DNA of 64,000 nucleotides from Alphaproteobacteria bacterium (GTDB lineage Bacteria; Pseudomonadota; Alphaproteobacteria; CAAHEQ01; UBA3637): NCBI GenBank assembly GCA_045631185.1, contig JAZQUH010000015.1, positions 7,346 to 71,345 of the forward strand, read 5' to 3'. Shown piece by piece: positions 25,152 to 35,397 of this stretch (position 1 is its first letter; each line of letters starts with the position of its first letter). The notes under the pieces were generated by a model. It saw only the letters and a program-made list of their open reading frames with translations, ran no database searches and was not told where the DNA came from. The position numbers and the translations under genes were made by a program.

Positions 25152-26411
25152 TTAATTGGATTGACAAATTGGCTGGTACGTATTTTCGCGTCCCACTTCT
25201 TTAATTGGTTTGGTTCCGATAGGATTAAGACGGAAGCACCCTTCATAATTGTCGCATAATCCCAGCCAAACCTGAGCATTAATCCATGGAGGAGAAAATA
25301 AATCGTTAATAGCATAATAACAATCCATAAAATCGTCCACCTCACGGTTAGGGCAGTTTTCCCAAACATTTGTACCGCTAAATTCTGTCATAGACAAACC
25401 TTGGGCTTTGCACCAATTTTCGGCTGCCCACCAAGTAAGCGACAACGTCTCAGAATAATAATACTTTTCACCATTTGGCTCATAAACAGTTTCAAGCACC
25501 TCACCAATTGCTTCACAAGTACCATAAGCAGGAGCCAATGGTTCTTCTGTCATAAACGACTTCAAATTACAAAATTCACCATTTGCACAATCACTATTTT
25601 TAATACAATTAAATTGAGGACAACTGGATGTATCTGTATCAGAATCATAAATATCTCGTGCTATACAAACTTTCTTTTCAGAATGACAACAACCCTCCGT
25701 TCCATATTGATCTGTACAATCCTCATCAGAAGAACAAGAAACACCACTTAATTGTGTTTTGCAAGGATCATCTCCAAAACCTTCCATAAACGACAGATAC
25801 GGATTTCCATTTTCGCAAATCCCTGAATCAAATCCTTCACCACTGCCCTCCGTCGAGCATTCTTCTGAGGATGGGATACAGGTATCATTATCACAATATT
25901 TTCGACCACTGGATTCACAACCTTCTTTATTGCCATCAAAATCAGAAGAAACAGGATTTGACGATAAATCTTTGTTAAATGTTAAAATGGCTTTATCCCC
26001 ATCACAAAGAACAGCACGCACAACCGAACGTGAACCACCGGCCATCGATTGCATTTGTTGACATAATTCTTCATCAACCCCTTCCATGGTCAAGGTAAAT
26101 TGTTCATCTGATTCATCATAATCCGCATATCCATCCGCTCCTTTTACAGCAGAGGACATTGTAACACCTCCACCTAAATTACCAGCAAAGGAATCACTGT
26201 CCAGTGCATCCAAGTTACCTGAACCTATTTTGGTAGCGACATCCGTGGCACGCATAGAAGCTTGATTCAATAAATTATTGGCCAAAGACTTTCTGACAGC
26301 AGCTTTATATCCCGCAACACCGGCAACACTTAAAACACCGATAATGGCCAAAACCCCCAGCATTTCAACCATACTACGACCAGATTCATTTGTTTTATTT
26401 TTTACCATCAT
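25152..26411 (-). CDS. Second cysteine-rich modular protein with a type IV pilin-like N-terminus and lectin-like C-terminal module (paralogue of 15942..18197)
   Basis: MMVKNKTNESG/RSMVEMLGVLAIIGVLSVAG class-III signal layout. Cys/Asp/Ser-rich middle. C-terminal YYYSETLSLTWWAAENWCKAQG. AGGAG lies 7 nt before the ATG. Confidence 0.75.
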   Translation of the reverse strand: MMVKNKTNESGRSMVEMLGVLAIIGVLSVAGVAGYKAAVRKSLANNLLNQASMRATDVATKIGSGNLDALDSDSFAGNLGGGVTMSSAVKGADGYADYDESDEQFTLTMEGVDEELCQQMQSMAGGSRSVVRAVLCDGDKAILTFNKDLSSNPVSSDFDGNKEGCESSGRKYCDNDTCIPSSEECSTEGSGEGFDSGICENGNPYLSFMEGFGDDPCKTQLSGVSCSSDEDCTDQYGTEGCCHSEKKVCIARDIYDSDTDTSSCPQFNCIKNSDCANGEFCNLKSFMTEEPLAPAYGTCEAIGEVLETVYEPNGEKYYYSETLSLTWWAAENWCKAQGLSMTEFSGTNVWENCPNREVDDFMDCYYAINDLFSPPWINAQVWLGLCDNYEGCFRLNPIGTKPIKEVGRENTYQPICQSN

Positions 26412-26443
26412 TTTTTTGCTCCTTTTTTAATTGTTGTTGATGA

Positions 26444-26584
26444 TTATTTAAACGAATAAACCCCACTGTAATCATACAGTGGGTCGGGTGTGCTGACGCA
26501 CAACTTAATATTCAAAAATAAATGTGTGTGTGTGTGTGTGTACAAGGTCCATTTATTTATACCTTTATCGTGGTTTAAATTCAT
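26444..26584 (-). CDS. Possible 46-codon upstream ORF/leader peptide containing the (CA)9 tract
   Basis: AAGGAG 10 nt upstream of the ATG at 26584. Translation: MNLNHDKGINKWTLYTHTHTHLFLNIKLCVSTPDPLYDYSGVYSFK*. Below the ORF-track size cut-off, so translated by hand. Confidence 0.35.
   Translation of the reverse strand: MNLNHDKGINKWTLYTHTHTHLFLNIKLCVSTPDPLYDYSGVYSFK
26462..26483 (-). promoter_or_regulatory. Perfect 9-bp hairpin in the leader of the second pilin-like gene (possible attenuator)
   Basis: Minus strand: CCCACTGTA-TGAT-TACAGTGGG followed by GTTTATTCGTTT. Confidence 0.4.
26523..26541. repeat. Dinucleotide microsatellite: (TG)9 on the + strand, (CA)9 on the minus strand
   Basis: Read directly: tgtgtgtgtgtgtgtgtgt. 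Confidence 0.97.
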
Positions 26585-26663
26585 TTTTTAGGGTCTCCTT
26601 CACTCCCCACATATCCCCACACTAGCAAACTTTATCACCTTTGTCAAGCGATATATTCGGATT

Positions 26664-26693
26664 ATACAAAAGATCCCCGATAGTTTCGGGGAT
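26664..26693 (-). terminator. Probable terminator downstream of gyrB
   Basis: ATCCCCGA...TCGGGGAT 8-bp stem followed by CTTTTGT on the minus strand. Confidence 0.5.
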
Positions 26694-26714
26694 TTTGTTT
26701 TTTAGATCCGATGA

Positions 26715-29120
<2,406 letters not shown>

Positions 29121-29130
29121 TTACTCCTTT

Positions 29131-29289
29131 TTAATTCCAAACATTTTGATTAACTTCGGGTTGGCTAGCCTTCGCTATACATAACTCTTTTAATGCTGGG
29201 GACATATCATCGGGGTGCGTAAATTCACATCTCCAAGAATTACAGCCTGACAAAAACAAACATACAACAAAGAACATTTTTTTCATCAT
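29131..29289 (-). CDS. Small (52-aa) lipoprotein ORF between recF and gyrB
   Basis: MMKKMFFVVCLFLSGC lipobox. AGGAAA Shine-Dalgarno overlaps the recF stop. Hand-translated because it is below the ORF-track cut-off. Confidence 0.45.
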   Translation of the reverse strand: MMKKMFFVVCLFLSGCNSWRCEFTHPDDMSPALKELCIAKASQPEVNQNVWN

Positions 29290-29297
29290 TTTTCCTT

Positions 29298-30431
29298 TCA
29301 AGCAACCTTTAAAATCTGTTGATTATCTTGTACATCAAATTGATGAATTTGTCCAGTAAAATTTGAAAAAATTTCATTATCCGTCGTGGTCATAAATACC
29401 TGTGCCGGACGGGTCAATAAAATTTCAAATAACGTATGTCGGCGATTTTTATCCAAGTGGGCCGCCACCTCATCCAACAACAAGACAGGACATTGATTTT
29501 GTTCCATCATCTGGGCACGCATTTCCGCCAAAATAATGGATAACAACAATGCTTTTTGTTCGCCTGTGGAACATAAATCGGCCGAACGATTTTGTTGCTT
29601 GTGAATCACAATAAAATCGGCCGTATGCGGACCGGTTAAATTACCCCCTTCGGCACAAATTTTTCGCGCGTTTTTCAAATGCCCCGCAAACATATCCTCA
29701 ACCAACACCGCTCGTCCGGTAATCAGGGCCTGTTCCAACATACCCGTCAATTGAATTTCGGCCGAAGGAAAAGATTTATCCTCGGTTACATTTAAATATC
29801 CCGATAAACGTGAAACAATATCCAATCGGCTGGCCGCTATGGCAATACCATTTTCCACCAACTGACTTTCCAAACCATTCAACCATGTATTATCAAAGCA
29901 CCCTTGCCTGAGCAAACACACCCATTGTTTTAAAGCGGTACTATAATCGGCCAAACGATTGGCATGGTTGGGATCAAAAGCCTGAACAATTCTGTCTAAA
30001 AAACGCCGACGGGCCTTTGGATCACCGCAAAACAACCTGTCCTGAGCCGGTGTCAACCACAAACAACGAAAAACTTCGGCTAAATCCGATTGCTTTGTGG
30101 TGGTTTTACCATCAATGCGAATCTGACGTCGTTCATGGCCTTCCACCATACCGGTGCCGATTTTATGATTACCGGTGGGGGTATAAATATCGGCCACAAT
30201 GCTCCATAACGGATAAACTTCATTATCCATACGGCGGGCCAAATCGGTCAATTTTGCCGAACGCAAACCACGACCGGCCGTTAAATAAGATATCGCCTCT
30301 AATACATTTGTTTTACCCACACCATTGGGACCACACAATGCCACCGGCGCCCCCGAATTATCCAACGTCAAATCCAATGCCGGATAAGAACGAAAATTGG
30401 TGAGCCTGAGTCTTTGAAGACCCGTTTTCAT
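29298..30431 (-). CDS. recF: DNA replication and repair protein RecF
   Basis: GPNGVGKTNVLEAI Walker A, SMC-like signature GEQKALLLS, LLLDEV. Confidence 0.95.
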   Translation of the reverse strand: MKTGLQRLRLTNFRSYPALDLTLDNSGAPVALCGPNGVGKTNVLEAISYLTAGRGLRSAKLTDLARRMDNEVYPLWSIVADIYTPTGNHKIGTGMVEGHERRQIRIDGKTTTKQSDLAEVFRCLWLTPAQDRLFCGDPKARRRFLDRIVQAFDPNHANRLADYSTALKQWVCLLRQGCFDNTWLNGLESQLVENGIAIAASRLDIVSRLSGYLNVTEDKSFPSAEIQLTGMLEQALITGRAVLVEDMFAGHLKNARKICAEGGNLTGPHTADFIVIHKQQNRSADLCSTGEQKALLLSIILAEMRAQMMEQNQCPVLLLDEVAAHLDKNRRHTLFEILLTRPAQVFMTTTDNEIFSNFTGQIHQFDVQDNQQILKVA

Positions 30432-30440
30432 GCGTACCCC

Positions 30441-31547
30441 TTACACACGCATCGGCATTAAAACATACAATGTATCGGTATCTTTTACATCCTGCAAAAT
30501 AACAGGCGACACACTGTCTTCAAAGCGCATTTCGCTTTCTTCACCCTTGATTTGGGATAAAATATCCAACAAATAACGGAAGTTAAAACCGATTTCAATT
30601 TCATCACCGGTATATTGGACATCCAATTCATCCTCGGCCGAACCTTCGTCTGTGGCCGTGGCCGAAACCATCAATAAATCAGGTTTAATATTTAATTTAA
30701 TACCACGTGATTTTTCCGAAACAACCGACACACGTTCAATCACACCGGATAAAGCCTTTGTTTTGCCAATCATAGAACGTGAATTATTGGCCGGAATCAC
30801 TTTTTCATAATCGGGATAAGTGCCGTCAATCAAGCGAGAAGACAATTCCACATTTGAAAGGCCAAAACGGATTTGGTTGGCCGACAAAGAAATCACCACT
30901 TCTTTGGTATTTTCGCCTAACAATTTGGTAATTTCGCTGATTGTTTTACGGGGAATAATTACACCCGGCATATCTTTGGCACCTTCGGGCAAAACATGTT
31001 TGGTACAGGCCAAACGATGCCCGTCTGTGGCCACCGCCACCAAATTATCCGCCTTTGTATGCAAATAGATACCGTTCAGATTATAACGTGTTTCTTCCAC
31101 AGAAACGGCAAAGCCTGTTTTGGTAATCATGGCCGACAAATCCGATGTCGGCAAAGTGAAAGTAAAGGGCGCTTCTTCTTTGGCCATCGTTGGGAAATTT
31201 TCGGCCGGCAAACTGGCCAAAGCAAAACGGGAACGACCACATGACAAAGTCACTTGACCCGTTGTTTCGGCATAGGCCAATGTTAATTCACCATCATCAG
31301 GCAAACGACGAACGATATCATACAATTTATGGGCCGGCATTGTAATGGCACCGGGTTCCAATACCTGAGCCGATACTTTTTCAGAAATTTCAATTTCATT
31401 ATCCGTGGCACGCAACAAAATCCCCGCTTCCTGAGTTTCAAACAACACGTTGGATAAAATGGGAATGGTTTGACGTCTTTCAACAATACTTTGTGCATGT
31501 GCCAAAGCCTTTAATAAATCAGCCTGTTTCACCGTAATTTTAAACAT
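30441..31547 (-). CDS. dnaN: DNA polymerase III beta sliding clamp
   Basis: Three-domain beta clamp, ends ...LYVLMPMRV. Confidence 0.96.
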   Translation of the reverse strand: MFKITVKQADLLKALAHAQSIVERRQTIPILSNVLFETQEAGILLRATDNEIEISEKVSAQVLEPGAITMPAHKLYDIVRRLPDDGELTLAYAETTGQVTLSCGRSRFALASLPAENFPTMAKEEAPFTFTLPTSDLSAMITKTGFAVSVEETRYNLNGIYLHTKADNLVAVATDGHRLACTKHVLPEGAKDMPGVIIPRKTISEITKLLGENTKEVVISLSANQIRFGLSNVELSSRLIDGTYPDYEKVIPANNSRSMIGKTKALSGVIERVSVVSEKSRGIKLNIKPDLLMVSATATDEGSAEDELDVQYTGDEIEIGFNFRYLLDILSQIKGEESEMRFEDSVSPVILQDVKDTDTLYVLMPMRV

Positions 31548-31717
31548 ATCCGAATCCTTTCATAAAAGTACTTTTTCATATGTCTTGAACTATAGCGAAT
31601 TTTACAAAAAATTACCACAAAAAAATGCACTTTTTCATGTTTTTTTCATATTTTTCATTTTTTGCTTTTGTTTTTTGCAAAAAAAAGCTATACATTTATA
31701 CATCAAGTGGGGAGAAA

Positions 31718-34003
31718 ATGGCTTATCAAAAACTGAAAATTCAGGATTTATATATATCCGGCGGGCTGACCAAAAAGGATTGGCCGATTCAACCGTGTCG
31801 TCAAATTATCGGACAGGATCGCGCCTTAAAGGCTTTAAATTTCGGCATCCAATTAAAGGACGATAAAGCCCATTTGTTTTGCTTGGGACCAAAAGGTGTT
31901 GGCCGCACCAGTTTGACTTTGGACATCATCCGCCAATACGCATCACACCAAACATCCCCTGATGATTGGATTTATGTGGCCGATTTTGATCAACCTTTAC
32001 AACCTAAGGCCTTTTCATTAAAGGCGGGACAGGCTCAGATTTTTGCAAAAGACATTGAAGATTTGATTCAATCCTTTAAACAAAACATCCCCAAATTATT
32101 GGAAAGTGAAAATTATCAACTGAACCTGAAACAAATTGAACAAAACTTTAAAGACAGCTATCAAAACAAGTTGGATATTCTATCCCAAAAAATAAACAAT
32201 GAAAATGTGGCCGTCATACATACACCGGATGGATTACAATTAAATCCTGTAATGGACGGGCAATTATTAAAACCCGAAACATTTAACGCCCTGCCCTTGA
32301 ATATACGGGCACCGATTATGGAAAAAATGCAAGCAGCCCGTCAAATTTTGTTGACCGAGCTGAAAAACATGCCCGATGACACTTTACAAAAACAAAAGCA
32401 GATTGACGAATTAAAAAAACAAACTTTGACACACTTGGTGGAAACAACATTTACACCTTTGATTAAAAAATACAAAAACGATTCCGTACTTTCGTTTTTA
32501 AATCAGGCAAAAGAACATTTGATAAAAAACATCGCCGTTTTACCCACATTGAATTCGGATAATGGGTGGGATTTTTTACGCGTTAATGTTTTAACATCCC
32601 ATACCCCCAAATCGGGTATGCCTGTTGTGCATATGGGCCAATTTTCATTGAATGATTTAATCGGTAAAATTGAACGTCAACAACAATCCGGTTCGCTGTT
32701 CAGCGATCACACCATGATTCAAGCCGGTGCTTTACATCAGGCCAACGGTGGTTTTTTGGTGATAGAAGCCAAAGATATTTTAGATTCAAAAATCACATGG
32801 CGTGTTTTAAAGCAGGCTCTATTTACACAAAAAATCACCATGCAAATGCCCAATGATGATAAATCGTTGATGTGTGTACGCACTTTACAACCACAGCAAA
32901 TTCCGTTAAAGGTTCGCGTTGTTTTGGTGGGCGATATTCAATTATATCACAAACTGTCCGAAGAAGAAGATTTTTCGGCTCTGTTTAAAATCCACGTCTG
33001 TTTTGAGGACAAATTACCACGAACCCAAGAAAACGAAAAACTGTATGCTCAGGTTTTGACCGATTTTATTTTACAAAACAACTTAAAGCCTTTTTCGTTA
33101 GGGGCTATGAATTTATTGTTGGGATATGCATCCCGATTGACCCAAGATCAAAAATTTTTGACAGCGCATTTTTCATCCGTTCATAATTTGATGCGTGAGG
33201 CGAATTTTATCGCCACTGATAATACCGTTCAAGAATGTGATTTAATCACCGCCATTCAAAATCATGATGACAGAACAGCCGTTGCCCAGCAAAACTGGCT
33301 GAATAGTTTTAACAGAAATCTGATTCAGTTAGACTTGAATGGGATGAAAATCGGTCAAATCAACGGTTTGGCCGTAACCGGCGGAAACGATTTTTCCTAT
33401 GGCCATCCGTCCAAAATTACCTGTACCACACGTTTGGGTGACGGTAAAATAGAAGACGTTGAACGTGAAATCACAATGGGTGGTAATATCCACAGCAAAG
33501 GTGTTTTGATTTTAGGGGCTTATTTAACCGCTAAATACGGCCAAAGTGAACCGCTGTGTTTAAATGCCACTTTGGTGTGGGAACAATTATACCAGGGAAT
33601 AGAGGGCGATTCGGCCAGCTCGTCCCAACTTTGTGCGTTGATTTCCGCCATTGCAAAAATCCCATTAAACCAAGCCATTGCCATGACGGGATCGGTCAAT
33701 CAATTGGGCCAAATTCAATCGGTTGGTGCCGTCAATGCTAAAATTGAAGGTTTTTTTGATGCGTGTCAAAAAATCGGTTTAAACAAAAAACAGGGTGTTA
33801 TTATCCCCGAATCATGTCAACAGGATTTAATGCTCTGCCCACGTGTTTGTCAGGCGGTAAAAGAAAATCTTTTTAACATCTATACCGTCAACCATATTGA
33901 TGACGCCTTGGAAATTTTAACAGGTTTAAAAGCATCCGAAATTGATAAAAAAGTCCAAAAGGCATGGCATGAGGCCTTTATGAAAAATCAAAAACAAAAC
34001 TAA
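31718..34003 (+). CDS. Lon-family ATP-dependent protease, YcbZ/LonB-like (COG1067 type)
   Basis: Walker A GPKGVGRTS, GGFLVIEAKD, C-terminal S16 domain with EGDSASSS (Ser) and NAKIEGF (Lys). Start moved to the ATG at 31718 (GGGGAG Shine-Dalgarno). Confidence 0.8.
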   Translation: MAYQKLKIQDLYISGGLTKKDWPIQPCRQIIGQDRALKALNFGIQLKDDKAHLFCLGPKGVGRTSLTLDIIRQYASHQTSPDDWIYVADFDQPLQPKAFSLKAGQAQIFAKDIEDLIQSFKQNIPKLLESENYQLNLKQIEQNFKDSYQNKLDILSQKINNENVAVIHTPDGLQLNPVMDGQLLKPETFNALPLNIRAPIMEKMQAARQILLTELKNMPDDTLQKQKQIDELKKQTLTHLVETTFTPLIKKYKNDSVLSFLNQAKEHLIKNIAVLPTLNSDNGWDFLRVNVLTSHTPKSGMPVVHMGQFSLNDLIGKIERQQQSGSLFSDHTMIQAGALHQANGGFLVIEAKDILDSKITWRVLKQALFTQKITMQMPNDDKSLMCVRTLQPQQIPLKVRVVLVGDIQLYHKLSEEEDFSALFKIHVCFEDKLPRTQENEKLYAQVLTDFILQNNLKPFSLGAMNLLLGYASRLTQDQKFLTAHFSSVHNLMREANFIATDNTVQECDLITAIQNHDDRTAVAQQNWLNSFNRNLIQLDLNGMKIGQINGLAVTGGNDFSYGHPSKITCTTRLGDGKIEDVEREITMGGNIHSKGVLILGAYLTAKYGQSEPLCLNATLVWEQLYQGIEGDSASSSQLCALISAIAKIPLNQAIAMTGSVNQLGQIQSVGAVNAKIEGFFDACQKIGLNKKQGVIIPESCQQDLMLCPRVCQAVKENLFNIYTVNHIDDALEILTGLKASEIDKKVQKAWHEAFMKNQKQN

Positions 34004-35349
34004 TCTTGTTTTAATTGAATTTTTAATGACCTTAACACATCATGAATCGGGATGAAATAAGAAAAAGTCGTTTCATCCAAATTACGCCCGTCATGAATGC
34101 CCAAAACATGACCGTATTCATCCATCAAAGGGGCACCGGCATAACCTTGCGTGGTGGGAATGGATGCTTGAATAAAATGTTGGTCTTTTTTGGCTTTAAA
34201 ACGCCATGAACTGACCATACCACGGGCCAACGTGGAACGGGACGTATAATCGGCCGGATTGCCAATGGTGAAAACTTCTTTTAAAGCTTTGGGTATTTCT
34301 TCGCCGGCAACATCCAAAAAGGCATGATTTTTCAAATCTATCTTTAATAAAGCCACATTTAACCGTACATTACGGCGAATTATTTTTGCGCTTTGACGCA
34401 CACCATGATTATCAACAATCTCAATCATTTTGGCGTTGCCGACATTTTTTAAATTGGTTAAAATATAACCGTCCGGCGAAATAAAAAAGCCCGTACCATC
34501 ATCCCCGACCTGAACCACGGCTCTTTTTAAAAGTGTTGCATTTTCATATAACATTTTTGTTCTTGGCTTTTTGATTTTAACTTCAATGGGTGTTTGTTCT
34601 TTTTCCATTTTTAATAATTGACGTACATCCGATTGACCACGCACCAATTGAATAAAATCATCCATACGGGCCAAGTTATCGGTGGCGTCTTCCAATGCAC
34701 GCAACAAAATCAACTGTTCCCCATTTTTGGTTGGCTTTTCAACCACGCCCATACCATAGGTATCAAAAGTGGCCACCACTTCATCTTTTAATTTATCAAA
34801 AACTTCCCAATGAACTAAAATCGTGGCATTACCGGCAATTAAATCCACATCTTTGAAATACAAAATATTAAACAAATTGCAAATATTGGATTTGATTTCT
34901 TTGATATGGGCCGATAATAACAATTCAGAACGGTGTTTTTCATAATTTTGACGGAAAGCGCTTTTTTGATGTGAAACAACATCATAACCTAACTCTTTTA
35001 ACGGTGCTTCCACAAAAACGGAAGCTTCACTGTCCCAACCGCCAAAGGCACTTTCACCCGTTGACCATTCCTCGGTTGAAGCAGAAAATCTGTTTTTCAA
35101 ACTGACATTACATTGATCCAACCATGTCAGATTGACGTTATCAAAACTCCAACGCCAATAAGGATACGCAATATAAGTTGTCCCACGCTTTAATTCTATA
35201 ACGGCCGAATCATAGGCAATCGGGCGACCTTTATTTTTACCCAAAGAAACATCAGCTCTGTCTTCACGACTGATTACTGGTGCCAAATCCATTGCCATTT
35301 GACAACCCGTTAAATAAAAACATAAAAGACACGCCAAAACTTTAAACAT
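34000..35349 (-). CDS. Lipoprotein with a C-terminal trypsin/HtrA-fold domain lacking all three catalytic residues (pseudoprotease)
   Basis: MFKVLACLLCFYLTGC lipobox. HtrA-like blocks GTGFFISPDGYILTNLKNV, NVALLKI and GYAGAPL align to GSG...TNxHV, DIALLKI and GNSGGPL, with His->Lys, Asp->Asn and Ser->Ala. Confidence 0.7.
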   Translation of the reverse strand: MFKVLACLLCFYLTGCQMAMDLAPVISREDRADVSLGKNKGRPIAYDSAVIELKRGTTYIAYPYWRWSFDNVNLTWLDQCNVSLKNRFSASTEEWSTGESAFGGWDSEASVFVEAPLKELGYDVVSHQKSAFRQNYEKHRSELLLSAHIKEIKSNICNLFNILYFKDVDLIAGNATILVHWEVFDKLKDEVVATFDTYGMGVVEKPTKNGEQLILLRALEDATDNLARMDDFIQLVRGQSDVRQLLKMEKEQTPIEVKIKKPRTKMLYENATLLKRAVVQVGDDGTGFFISPDGYILTNLKNVGNAKMIEIVDNHGVRQSAKIIRRNVRLNVALLKIDLKNHAFLDVAGEEIPKALKEVFTIGNPADYTSRSTLARGMVSSWRFKAKKDQHFIQASIPTTQGYAGAPLMDEYGHVLGIHDGRNLDETTFSYFIPIHDVLRSLKIQLKQD

Positions 35350-35397
35350 TTTGTTTTCCAAATACATACCATAGTATATCACAGATGATAAAAAAAA

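Noticed and set aside
25106-25369. 87-aa minus-strand ORF overlapping the 3' end of the pilin-like gene
   Set aside because: It is an alternative frame of a well-supported CDS and runs through the bidirectional terminator.
31625-31717. Phe-rich N-terminal extension of the Lon-family ORF (MHFFMFFSYFSFF...)
   Set aside because: It is a translation of the T-rich divergent promoter region. A GGGGAG Shine-Dalgarno and ATG at 31718 give a normal N-terminus.
31548-31717. AT-rich 170-bp spacer upstream of dnaN with four TTTTTCAT repeats and a TTTTTTGCAAAAAA palindrome, considered as a replication origin
   Set aside because: I found no TTATCCACA-type DnaA boxes in it, and dnaA is not adjacent. Alphaproteobacterial origins are not normally next to dnaN. 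It is more simply a divergent promoter region of low complexity.
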